From positions 1 through 62,327 of the forward strand of contig JAPYRQ010000003.1 in the NCBI GenBank assembly GCA_029936935.1: a stretch of DNA of 62,327 nt, written 5' to 3'. Shown in pieces: positions 48,001 to 57,445 of the stretch. Under the pieces are notes generated by a model that saw only the letters and a list, made by a program, of their open reading frames with translations, searched no databases and had not been told where the DNA came from. The first letter of the stretch is position 1, and every line of letters begins with the position of its first letter. The position numbers and the translations under genes were made by a program. This DNA is from Dehalococcoidia bacterium. GTDB taxonomy: Bacteria; Chloroflexota; Dehalococcoidia; Lucifugimonadales; UBA1127.

Positions 48001-49155
48001 ATGATTCGAAGTACAGATAGAATCCGTACGATGCACGCCGGCACCTTACCCCGGTCCAACGAACTGCGAGAAATGGTCGTCGCCAAGGAGACCGGACAGG
48101 CTTATGACGAGGCCAAGTTCACCCAAATGGCTCAGGCCACCATCAAAGAGAACGTCAAGCTGCAGATCGCATCGGGCATCGACAGTGTCAACGACGGCGA
48201 GGTTAGCAAGCTGAGCTTCACCAGCTACATCAGCGAGCGCATGGGAGGCATTGAGAAGCGCAAGCCTGCGGATGGCCCGGCTCCCTACGGCATCAACGGT
48301 CGTGACACCCAGGAGTTTGGTGAGTACTTCGCCAACAAGACAGGCTTCACAGGCCTTGGGGCAAACCCGTCCTACTTCGTGACCGGCCCGGTCACCTACA
48401 CAGGGCAGACCTCCATCCAGGCGGACATCGATAACTTCAAAGCAGGACTTCAGGGCTCAAACCCGGAGGAGACCTTCCTCCCCGCCGTCACTCCCGGCAC
48501 GATGGAACACTGGCTCAAGAACGAGTACTACAAGTCTGACGAAGAGTACCTTGGTGCTCTGGCGGACGCCCTGCATGTGGAGTACAAGGCCATTGTGGAT
48601 GCGGGGTTCCTGCTCCAGATCGACGACCCTGACCTGCCGGACGCCTGGCAAATGTACCCGGATATGAGCGTCAAGGAGTATCAGAAGTTCGCTGGCCTAC
48701 GCGTGGACGCATTGAACCAGGCCATCGGCGATATCCCGGAGGAGAAGGTGCGCTTCCACACGTGCTGGGGTAGCTACAAGGGCCCCCACAAGTACGATGT
48801 GCCGCTGAAGGACATGGTTGACTTGATTCTGAGTGTCAACGCCATCGGTTACTCCATTGAGGCGTCCAACCCAATGCACGAGCATGAATGGACTGTTTGG
48901 AAGGACGTGAAGCTGCCCGATGGCAAGGTGCTCATCCCCGGCGTCATCGGCCACGCCAGCGACTTCATCGAGCACCCCGAGTTGGTTGCACAGCGACTGG
49001 TTCGCTACGCCAACATCGTGGGCAAAGAGAACATCATGGCTGGAACGGACTGCGGCATCGGCTCCCGCGTAGGGCACGCCAAGATATGCTGGGCCAAGTT
49101 TGAGGCCTTGTCGGAGGGCGCCCGCATCGCTACCAAAGAGCTTTGGGGTAAGTAG
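48001..49155 (+). CDS. Cobalamin-independent methionine synthase II family (MetE-like single barrel)
   Basis: HAGTLPR, NDGE, Zn ligands HTC...E...TDCG. Confidence 0.9.
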   Translation: MIRSTDRIRTMHAGTLPRSNELREMVVAKETGQAYDEAKFTQMAQATIKENVKLQIASGIDSVNDGEVSKLSFTSYISERMGGIEKRKPADGPAPYGINGRDTQEFGEYFANKTGFTGLGANPSYFVTGPVTYTGQTSIQADIDNFKAGLQGSNPEETFLPAVTPGTMEHWLKNEYYKSDEEYLGALADALHVEYKAIVDAGFLLQIDDPDLPDAWQMYPDMSVKEYQKFAGLRVDALNQAIGDIPEEKVRFHTCWGSYKGPHKYDVPLKDMVDLILSVNAIGYSIEASNPMHEHEWTVWKDVKLPDGKVLIPGVIGHASDFIEHPELVAQRLVRYANIVGKENIMAGTDCGIGSRVGHAKICWAKFEALSEGARIATKELWGK

Positions 49156-49270
49156 CTCTCTGTAGTGTGATATAGCTGACGAACGGCTCCTCATTTGAGG
49201 GGTCGCTTTTGTTTATAATTGGTACCCTGGTACTACTTAACAAAAAAGGATTGGACTGAAGGAAAACACC

Positions 49271-49624
49271 ATGGAGACAGTCGTAGGCATCGTAGCCATT
49301 GTTTTAGCCATTCCGGCTTTCCTCATGGTTAAAGCAGTATTAGGAATGCGCTATTGGAATAAGTGTGAAAAGCAGTATAGCGCTTCAATGTCTTCAGGCC
49401 TTTCCCACGAGGAAGCATTGGTCGAGATATGCAAGGAGCGCCATCCGGCACTGTCTTTGGACGTTCATTACTCGATTATCAATAAATTCAACGATGTAGA
49501 TTCGTTAGTACTGTTTCTCACGATTGCACTTCCCAAGAGTGGTGTGGATGACACCCTGGCTTCTAAGCTTGCGAACGATACAACAATTCAGAACCGAAAA
49601 GTTCACATAGAAACGAGTGGCTAA
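49271..49624 (+). CDS. Hypothetical protein with N-terminal TM
   Basis: 117-aa ORF with AAGGA RBS; lower GC. Confidence 0.55.
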   Translation: METVVGIVAIVLAIPAFLMVKAVLGMRYWNKCEKQYSASMSSGLSHEEALVEICKERHPALSLDVHYSIINKFNDVDSLVLFLTIALPKSGVDDTLASKLANDTTIQNRKVHIETSG

Positions 49625-49718
49625 TTTCGTGAACTGATAAGCAATTCGAACTCAGGGCTGCAAGCGCGGTCCTGTATAGTGGACTCCCGACACCTTATGC
49701 CAAGGAAGTATTGAATAC

Positions 49719-50228
49719 ATGTTGCCTACCACCGGGGTCATTGCTGTCTTTCTGATTTTCCTGGCAGGGCCTTACTACACCTTTCAGGGGAAGTGGCCAA
49801 AACGATGGGGGCATCGACTCTCCGTCGAGGCTCACTCCAATGTCAGCATCCTTGTTGCTATAGCCGTCTTTGTTCACGTTGCGCTCAAGTTCAACCAGTT
49901 GGGACCGATAGTTGGTTGGGTTGCTACAGGCTTCTTCATCCTGACCGTGGTCAGTGGCTTCTACGGCATGCACATCGCCAAAGAACCTGCTGCCAGAGCG
50001 AGATGGATGAAACGCCAGGGAATATTTGCGTGTGTGTTCTACGCCAGCCTGGTACCTCACCTGATTCTTGAAGCCATAGGGTTGCCTCTGGTGTTTGCCG
50101 TAGGTATCGGATGGGCTACGTGGCGATGGCGATCAAGGGTCCGCGAGAAGGTCAGCCTGCTGAAGTGGCTGTATTCCCACTTGAGTCAGCGATGTATAGT
50201 TGCATCAATATCACGGGATAACGCGTGA
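49719..50228 (+). CDS. Hypothetical multi-TM protein with intramembrane histidines
   Basis: About 5 TM; His at H..H spacing reminiscent of b-heme TM domains. Confidence 0.55.
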   Translation: MLPTTGVIAVFLIFLAGPYYTFQGKWPKRWGHRLSVEAHSNVSILVAIAVFVHVALKFNQLGPIVGWVATGFFILTVVSGFYGMHIAKEPAARARWMKRQGIFACVFYASLVPHLILEAIGLPLVFAVGIGWATWRWRSRVREKVSLLKWLYSHLSQRCIVASISRDNA

Positions 50229-50264
50229 TTCAAACCGCTAAAAGTACCAGAAAAGGATTAAATC

Positions 50265-51155
50265 ATGAGTACGAGCAACGGGTCTGATGAAGAGGCGTTA
50301 CTTTTCACGTTTAAGTACAACCCGCCCATGGATCTAGTCGCGGGTGAAAAGGCGCTGAAGGAAGCCAAGAAAATCCTGGATAAGCTAGGGATAGTCTTTC
50401 TGCTTGCTTCTGGAACATGTCTGGGTGCAATTCGGGACAACGCGTTTATTCCGTGGGACGATGATATTGACCTCGTCGCCGTGATTGGCACCAACGGCCT
50501 CACCTCGGAAGGGGTGGATGCTGCAATAGCGACTTTCAAAGAAAACGGGTATTTCGTGTATGAGAACAAAGGCATTAAGAGCAGGTCTTTTTCGATGATG
50601 AAGGACCATGTTAGGACTGGCTGGGATTGCTACTACATCGTAGACGAAAACGTATGGGTGTATCCAAGGACGCAGATCCCAGCCAAGTTATTCACTAACC
50701 CAAAAGAGATCGAATTTGTGAATGAGAAATTCCTGGTGCCCAATCCACCGGAAGAGTACCTCCAACGTAAATACGGCGAGGAATGGAGGACACCCAAGAG
50801 GGCAGGGGAGTACGAAAAGGACGTGGTAAGCCAGATGCCTTCTGCGATGTTAGGGGGGCAACCGGCCAGACTTAAAGTCCTTGACGACGAAGGTAACCCC
50901 GTAGCGGGAGCCGAGGTTGTGTTGGCCGGCGGTGGCATCTCCCAAACCGACGAATCCGGTTACGCCGATGTGGTATTGGCGGGCGCCGATTGGTATGCGC
51001 TGGTCATCCGCTACCCGGAGCACGAGAAGGTGCTGTACACGGAAGAACTGGAGCCTGGTAAGACGTATGTGTACAGAGCCGGATTTGAGGCCACCGTGAC
51101 CCGGGACGTGACAGGCCAAACCGGAACGCTGGGTAACGTCTTAACGCAGGAATGA
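50265..51155 (+). CDS. LicD-family nucleotidyltransferase with C-terminal beta-sandwich domain
   Basis: GTCLGAIR...IPWDDDIDL...PEEYL..KYG.EW..P; then VLDDEGNPVAGAEV...TDESG. Confidence 0.82.
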   Translation: MSTSNGSDEEALLFTFKYNPPMDLVAGEKALKEAKKILDKLGIVFLLASGTCLGAIRDNAFIPWDDDIDLVAVIGTNGLTSEGVDAAIATFKENGYFVYENKGIKSRSFSMMKDHVRTGWDCYYIVDENVWVYPRTQIPAKLFTNPKEIEFVNEKFLVPNPPEEYLQRKYGEEWRTPKRAGEYEKDVVSQMPSAMLGGQPARLKVLDDEGNPVAGAEVVLAGGGISQTDESGYADVVLAGADWYALVIRYPEHEKVLYTEELEPGKTYVYRAGFEATVTRDVTGQTGTLGNVLTQE

Positions 51156-51163
51156 GCCTTTGG

Positions 51164-52150
51164 TTAAAGCGTAACGATCTTGCCGGTTCTAGCAGCTTCG
51201 TAGAGTGCCACAGTAGTTCGCACGTGGTTGCGGCTTTCCTCCAGAGTCAGGAAGCTGGGTGTTCCATCAAGGATTGCGGCGTTCATGTCCTCAACCTCGC
51301 CAAGATACAGTCGGGTTTCCGGGACATCGATTTCCTGCGATGTCCCATCGGCGGCGTGGAAGAACATCTGACGGTCAGCATCCATCCTGACGAAGGGTCG
51401 GTTCAGCGATAGTCGACCCTCCGTGCCGAACACCTCTGCAAGCGTGTGCGATGGGTTGATAAAGCTGGATGATATCTGGGCGAGCTTCCCATCGGCGTAA
51501 AAGAGCTGCCCCGTGAACACCTCGTCCACACCGGTGGCACTGACGAACTGCTCGGCTGAAACGCGCTCAGGCGGCCCGCCCATGATCAGTTGGACAAAGC
51601 TGAGCGGGTACACTCCTACATCCCACATTGAACCACCACCAAACTCAGGTGTGAGGCGTATGTTTCCGTCACGGAGAAGCATCTTGTAGGTGTGGACGGC
51701 CCTGACAAAGGAAACATCACCCAGGCGGCCATCCATGATCCACTGGGTTGCCAGCTTCGTCTGAGGGTGGTGTCTGTACATGAATGCTTCTGCTAACACC
51801 AGCCCTGACTTGTTCTTTGCGGCAATCATCGAGTCGACTTCATCTGTGGTCAACGCGACGGGTTTCTCGCAGAGAACGTGCTTCCCGCTTTGCAATGCTT
51901 TGATCGTCCACTCTGCATGGAGGTGGTTGGGAAGGCCGATGTATACGGCGTCGATTTGGTCGGAACCCAGCATGGCCTCGTAGCTACCGAAGGCCGTGGG
52001 TATTTCCCACTTCCTGGCGTAGGCGTCTGCCGTTTCCTGAGTGCGACTGGCTACAGCCACCAGCGTCCCTCGCTCGGATGCACGGATGGCGGGGATAAGA
52101 TCTTTGTTGATGTCTGCTGTGGAAAGTAGGCCCCATCGAACGTCTGCCAC
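51164..52150 (-). CDS. Gfo/Idh/MocA oxidoreductase
   Basis: WGLLSTA, YIGLPNHLH, LCEKP, GGGSMWDVGVY. Confidence 0.93.
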   Translation of the reverse strand: MADVRWGLLSTADINKDLIPAIRASERGTLVAVASRTQETADAYARKWEIPTAFGSYEAMLGSDQIDAVYIGLPNHLHAEWTIKALQSGKHVLCEKPVALTTDEVDSMIAAKNKSGLVLAEAFMYRHHPQTKLATQWIMDGRLGDVSFVRAVHTYKMLLRDGNIRLTPEFGGGSMWDVGVYPLSFVQLIMGGPPERVSAEQFVSATGVDEVFTGQLFYADGKLAQISSSFINPSHTLAEVFGTEGRLSLNRPFVRMDADRQMFFHAADGTSQEIDVPETRLYLGEVEDMNAAILDGTPSFLTLEESRNHVRTTVALYEAARTGKIVTL

Positions 52151-52427
52151 GTAATCCTCCAGTGTTGTTTCCTACTGCCCACCGTCTCACACTAGGACAA
52201 AAGACGACAGCCGCTTGAAAGAGGGGCTGTTTCTGTGGTGGACACTTTCCAGTCCGTCAATGGGGATTCATTTATTTCTTTTATCATTGATTGGAGTTGG
52301 CCTGTTCCGGCAAGGATATTACCGATTCTTCATAGCTGAACTTAAGCTAAATGACGTTCAGAACCCCCCCCCACCTGTGAGTACATTTTAGTTACAGGGA
52401 CATACTGCTACGGAAGACAGTAACTCT

Positions 52428-52523
52428 CTACAAATGGAACCCCTTCCGAGAGAAGCAGATCATTGCGGCATCAATGACGTGCTTGCGCCGCTCGTCAAAA
52501 CTGGCTTTTGGAATCCTAGGCAT
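52428..52523 (-). pseudogene. TetR-family regulator N-terminal remnant
   Basis: MPRIPKASFDERRKHVIDAAMICFSRKGFH then stop before the HTH. Confidence 0.75.
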
Positions 52524-52759
52524 TTGATGATCCTCATATAAAGTATTGCAAGGCTTGCATGCAATTTTAGCATGGCAGATAAATCTATTACTGTCAGAGT
52601 CAACCAACAAGAACCATGACGGTGTGCTTGTGGAGAAATTCCCTCCTCTGTTCTTTCAAAATGGGATTGACAAACACCTGGCGCATATATTAAATACCTA
52701 TTTAGAAAAATGACATTTCGTCCATAAAAGGTAGAGCCAAAAATAGAGGAGGTATGTTC

Positions 52760-53887
52760 ATGGTCACGGAAATCAGCGTCAAGAAGATTGATGCGGACAC
52801 GCATATAGCCCTCCCCGTAGACTACAACGACTTGCGAGACCTGTTGCCCCGGACTCAAGCTGCTCAGGCAAAAGAGATGATGTGGCGTGAGGCCCAGCGG
52901 TTCATGGATCCCAACGGCGTCCGGAAATCCGTAGGGGCTGAGAGCAAAGGCCCGGCACGCGGCTCAGGCGGCGATAGCCCGGACAACATTGAGTTCCGTC
53001 TCAAGGAGATGGCGCGACTTGGATTTGACATGCAGGTGCTGGTAGCCCAGACGGCACTGCCTACCACTCTTCAATCCGCATCCATATTCGGAGTTGCCAA
53101 ACCTCTGTGGCTTCGCACTGCCCTGGCGCAGTTGTACAACGATTCTGCCGCTAAGTTGCAGAGTGAGCATCCAGAGGAGTTCATTGGACTGATGACGGTC
53201 CCCTGGGACGACATTGACGCTTCCATCAAAGAGATGGAACGGGGCGCAGCCAAGGGTCTCCGCGCAGTCACTCTGCAGGGTAGCTGGGCGGATCAGAACC
53301 TGGATGCACCGGAGCTCTACCCCTTCTGGGAAGCGGTGAACTCTCTGGATATAGCCTGTGTCATGCATGACACGCCACAGCCCTGTGGCGGCAACTTGAT
53401 TGATCACAACACTCCGTACCCCATGGTGGGGCATGAACGCTATCACCGCCTGCACATCGGCACATACCTAGGCTTCGGCTTGGATTACGTTGTAGCCTGT
53501 GCTGCTCTTACCCTGGGGGGCGTGTTGGATGACTTCCCCAACCTCCGGTTCCTTTGGTTTGAAGCCGGCGCAGGGTGGATGAATTATGCCATGCTGGGCG
53601 CTGATCGCTCCTTCTATATAGAGCCCGCGTGCTCCCGGACGCAGAATCTGCCCAGCGATTTGATCAAGAAGCACTGCTTCACTGCCGTGGAGAACTTGGA
53701 GCCCTTGGATCAGATGGTGGAAGCCTACGGCGCGGATAACTACATCATAGGTACTGACTACCCCCACCCTGAGTTCCAGCGGCTCCCCAACGCCCCGGGC
53801 GATGTGACCAATAGCACGCGTATCTCGGACGAGGACAAGGCCAAGATCCTTGGAGGGAATATGGCCCGCGCGTTGAAGCTGAACTAG
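52760..53887 (+). CDS. Amidohydrolase_2 family protein (decarboxylase/hydratase-like)
   Basis: IDADTH, FPNLRF..FEAGAGW, GTDYPH, KILGGN. Confidence 0.88.
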   Translation: MVTEISVKKIDADTHIALPVDYNDLRDLLPRTQAAQAKEMMWREAQRFMDPNGVRKSVGAESKGPARGSGGDSPDNIEFRLKEMARLGFDMQVLVAQTALPTTLQSASIFGVAKPLWLRTALAQLYNDSAAKLQSEHPEEFIGLMTVPWDDIDASIKEMERGAAKGLRAVTLQGSWADQNLDAPELYPFWEAVNSLDIACVMHDTPQPCGGNLIDHNTPYPMVGHERYHRLHIGTYLGFGLDYVVACAALTLGGVLDDFPNLRFLWFEAGAGWMNYAMLGADRSFYIEPACSRTQNLPSDLIKKHCFTAVENLEPLDQMVEAYGADNYIIGTDYPHPEFQRLPNAPGDVTNSTRISDEDKAKILGGNMARALKLN

Positions 53888-53907
53888 TTCTCCCCAGGTG
53901 ATACATG

Positions 53908-53949
53908 CGTAATACGGAGGGGCGCTATTCAGTGTCCCTCCGTATTACG
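53908..53949 (+). terminator. Hairpin after the amidohydrolase
   Basis: cgtaatacggaggg / ccctccgtattacg. Confidence 0.65.
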
Positions 53950-54170
53950 GCCATTTGTTAGGTAATACAGATTCAATCTCATCACCGTTTTAACTAAATG
54001 TAAATTCACTAAAGGTTGACAATTAAAGCTGATAGGTATATTAAATAAACGTCATTTTGAACCACGTCCAAATGCTTAATAGTAGCTTTGATAGAGAACT
54101 AAATTAGCATTTCATTAGCAAACAAAGACAACAGCCCCTCGAGTGAGGGGCTGTTTCTGTGGTGGCTGTG

Positions 54171-54245
54171 TGGTAGCGGGGGGAGGATTCGAACCTCCGA
54201 CCTTTGGGTTATGAGCCCAACGAGCTGCCGCTGCTCCACCCCGCG
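54171..54245 (-). tRNA. Initiator tRNA-fMet(CAT)
   Basis: CGCGGGG...CCCCGCT-A-CCA with a 1:72 mismatch; GGG/CCC anticodon stem; CTCATAA loop. Confidence 0.96.
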
Positions 54246-54361
54246 TCGGCTCGCCCTTCAGGGAAGGACGTATCCTCTACTCTACACTGATAGCTGGCGA
54301 CCGTCTAGTCCGAAATTCGTCGCGCTTGCCCGGAAACCCCTATTATCGCTATCCTGCTCCT

Positions 54362-55510
54362 ATGAACCATCCAACCAACAACGCTGCGTTTGTGTACCAT
54401 GACCGACTGACCCGCCACGTCCTCAGTGATAGCCACGTCTTTATTCCTGCCAGACTTCGCTACACGTACGACTTGCTGAACGCCTACGGTGCGTTTGAAC
54501 TCGATAACGCCAGGCTTACCGACCCTCGCCAGGCCTCTATCGATGAACTCCGCTCCTTCCATTCGGCGCACTACATCGAGGCTGTGAAGGCTATTGCGCA
54601 GGGACAACGACTGTCCGACGCTGCCACCTACGGCTTCACCCCCGGTGGTGATAATCCAATCTACGCCAGCATGTACGATTCCGCCCTCTGGACCACCGGC
54701 GCATCGTTGGCCGCCACCGAGGAAATTCTGAGCGGTCGATGCTCGGTAGCCGTTAACTTCTCCGGCGGGCTTCACCATGCGATGCCGAACCACGCTTCTG
54801 GCTTCTGCATCTTCGATGACCCGGTGGTCGCCATCAAGCAGATGACTGCTGCAGGTGCGCGCGTGGCGTATGTGGACATCGACTGCCACCACGGCGATGG
54901 GGTTCAGGCTGGCTTCTACGAGACCGACCAGGTGCTGACTATATCGCTGCATGAATCGGGCGAGTTCCTCTTCCCCGGCACGGGCTTCGTTCAGGAAGAG
55001 GGCGTTGGGGCCGGGCGCGGATATGCCGTCAACGTGCCCCTCTACCCGCACACGGGCGACGATACGTACCTCTGGGCTTTCCGGGAGGTTGTGCCACCCC
55101 TGGTCACGGCTTTCAAGCCTGATGTGTTGGTCACCCAGCTTGGCATAGACACCCACGTGCTTGACCCTATCACCCACCTGCGCCTGACCGTGCAGGGCTA
55201 CGCCCGCGTTGTGCAGGAGCTAGCGCAGCTGTCGCCTGGCAAGTGGCTGGCTCTTGGCGGTGGCGGGTACAACATCGAAGCTGTGATGCGCGCGTGGACG
55301 AAGGCCTACGGAGTGATGCTTGACCACGAGTGGCCGCAAGAGCTTCCCGAGTCGTTGAGAGCCGAACACGACCTCGACCAACTAGATGACCCGGAGCAGG
55401 AACCACTGCCCCCTGACGTCGCAGCGCAGGTGCGTGCGTATGCCGAGAACAGCGTTTCCGAGGTTAAGCGCACCATCTTCCCTGCCCACGGCCTATCGGG
55501 TCTGGCGTAG
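54362..55510 (+). CDS. acuC: AcuC/histone deacetylase-family protein
   Basis: GGLHHA, SGFC, DIDCHHGDG, SLHE, GGGGY. Confidence 0.88.
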   Translation: MNHPTNNAAFVYHDRLTRHVLSDSHVFIPARLRYTYDLLNAYGAFELDNARLTDPRQASIDELRSFHSAHYIEAVKAIAQGQRLSDAATYGFTPGGDNPIYASMYDSALWTTGASLAATEEILSGRCSVAVNFSGGLHHAMPNHASGFCIFDDPVVAIKQMTAAGARVAYVDIDCHHGDGVQAGFYETDQVLTISLHESGEFLFPGTGFVQEEGVGAGRGYAVNVPLYPHTGDDTYLWAFREVVPPLVTAFKPDVLVTQLGIDTHVLDPITHLRLTVQGYARVVQELAQLSPGKWLALGGGGYNIEAVMRAWTKAYGVMLDHEWPQELPESLRAEHDLDQLDDPEQEPLPPDVAAQVRAYAENSVSEVKRTIFPAHGLSGLA

Positions 55511-55541
55511 GGTAGGGTAACACCTGTGATAGATCTCTTTC

Positions 55542-56242
55542 TTAGGCCATCTCATAGACGGACACGTGTAGACGACTCTGTGAGGTAAATGGAGCTTTTT
55601 CCCAATCACCCCATCGCTCCCGTAGGTGCATCCCCGCTAATTGGGCCATTAAGTCGAGTTCCGATGGCCATACATAGCGAATTTGCACTGGCAAGAACTT
55701 GGTGCCTTGGTTGGAGATAGTCATGCTTTGGCTTGAGACCAACTGAGTTACTGAATTGTGGTGATTTACTTCCAGCGTCACTTGCTCTTCTTCTACTCGT
55801 CTAGCTTCTACCGATTGGCCGCGGTTGAACTTGGACATATCCGGCACGAAAGCACTTACAACGAAAATACCACCATCTGTCAGGCGACTCGCCACGTTAG
55901 TGTTAAAAACCACGAACACCAATGGATACTGACCAGCTACAGGCACATCAGCAAAGTCGCCTTGTGTTACCGGGATTGCGCCAGCGCCTTTCTTGTCCAT
56001 CATTTTGGCTATCATGGCGGGCGATGCCTCAATGCCATGTACCTCTACGCCTGCCGCCGCAAGAGGCAAAGCGACTAGGCCAGTACCAATGCCAAGTTCC
56101 AAAGCCGGGCCGTTTTGGGCAAGACCCGCCAGGGTAGTTACCATAGGTCCCACTTGGGCATTGCCCGAGAATCAGCGTAATACTCGTCGTATACTTCAGC
56201 CCACGTTTCGCCATACGCCTCTGGCTTATAGTTATTCACCAT
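55542..56242 (-). pseudogene. Class I SAM methyltransferase with frameshift and probable internal deletion
   Basis: N-terminus MVNNYKPEAYGETWAEVYDEYY is in a different frame from LELGIGTG; VFNT joins directly to NVASRL. Confidence 0.75.
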
Positions 56243-56404
56243 CCCCTCCTCACAAGCGATTAGGCGGAATAACGACGCTCGTGGCTCCTGTGTTCCCTTT
56301 TCTGCAATATTGAACTTCTCCCTCCACACCCCCGTTTCATAAACCGAGTCAAACATTGAAACGACTATTTTGCATTCGCTGAATGGGCCGAAGGAGAGAC
56401 GGTA

Positions 56405-57334
56405 ATGGACCACCTGATTGTGGATGAAGTCCCGGAGCTGAGATCACCGATTATGGTGGTGTCATTCTCCGGTTGGCCAGACGCCCAGGAAGCTGCGACT
56501 GGCGCCATCAAACACCTGGCGAAACAACTGAACACTCGGAAGTTTGCGTCGATAGATGCCGAGGAGTTCTACGTGTTCACGCGAACACGCCCGCACGTTG
56601 GAAACAACGACTTCGGCGAGCGTGAGGTGATCTGGCCAACCAACGACTTCTCGTACTGGCAGGACGATACCGGCGGTCGAGACATTTTGCTTTTCACCGG
56701 CGTGGAGCCTCAGCTCAAATGGAAGACCTACGCGTCAACTATCGTAGACGTAGCAATCCAGCACAACGTAGAGATGGTCATCGTGTTGGGAAGCCTCCTG
56801 GACGGGATACCACATACACGGGCCCCACGAATCACCGGCTCTGCTAACGTGAGCGATGTTGAAGAACTCATGGAGCAGGACGCACTTCAGCCTTCCGGCT
56901 ACCAGGGCCCTACCGGCATTACCAGCGCCCTCATGGAGGAATGCGCCAAGAGCGGCATCAAGTATTCATCTCTGTGGGGACATGCGCCTCACTACCTTCA
57001 GACTTCACCCAACCCAAGGGTTTCCATGGCTCTGGTTAAACAGATTGCCAGGGTTTTGGGCCTTGATATCAGCTTGGCTGACCTGGAGGAGAGCTGCGGC
57101 CCGTACGACCGTCGAGTGCTAAGAACGATGGCCACTGATGTAGAGGCTGTTACCTATATCCAGGGGCTGGAAGACAAGTACGATCAAGCCCTGGGTACGC
57201 AAACGGAGGTGACGCATGACGAACTGCCGAACCCGGACGCCGTCATCGAGGAATTGGAGGCGTTCTTCCGACAGAACACCCCTGGCGAAGACGGCGATTC
57301 CTACGATCTAGGAGACATAGGGCTCAGAGGATAA
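56405..57334 (+). CDS. PAC2 family protein
   Basis: FSGWPDA, GVEPQLKW, PHTR, YQGPTGI, LWGHAPHY. Confidence 0.9.
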   Translation: MDHLIVDEVPELRSPIMVVSFSGWPDAQEAATGAIKHLAKQLNTRKFASIDAEEFYVFTRTRPHVGNNDFGEREVIWPTNDFSYWQDDTGGRDILLFTGVEPQLKWKTYASTIVDVAIQHNVEMVIVLGSLLDGIPHTRAPRITGSANVSDVEELMEQDALQPSGYQGPTGITSALMEECAKSGIKYSSLWGHAPHYLQTSPNPRVSMALVKQIARVLGLDISLADLEESCGPYDRRVLRTMATDVEAVTYIQGLEDKYDQALGTQTEVTHDELPNPDAVIEELEAFFRQNTPGEDGDSYDLGDIGLRG

Positions 57335-57358
57335 CACTACACGCACAACGCAAAAGAG

Positions 57359-57389
57359 AAGAGAGCCCCTGAATTCAGGGGCTCTCTTT
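57359..57389. terminator. Bidirectional terminator
   Basis: aagagagcccctgaattcaggggctctctt. Confidence 0.82.
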
Positions 57390-57405
57390 GTGTCTAACTG
57401 CCTTG

Positions 57406-57445
57406 GGTAACCGTCAGGTTATATGGGTAAAGGGCTTCGCCCTTT
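57406..57445 (+). repeat. REP-like element copy 6
   Basis: ggtaaccgtcaggttatatgggt-aaagggc-ttc-gcccttt. Confidence 0.65.

Larger units (their letters stand above)
52200..54165. mobile_element. Direct-repeat-flanked ~1.9-kb islet at the tRNA-fMet 3' flank (no integrase)
   Basis: 42-bp direct repeats 52200-52241 and 54124-54165 (37/42 identical); AT-rich interior flanks. Confidence 0.55.
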
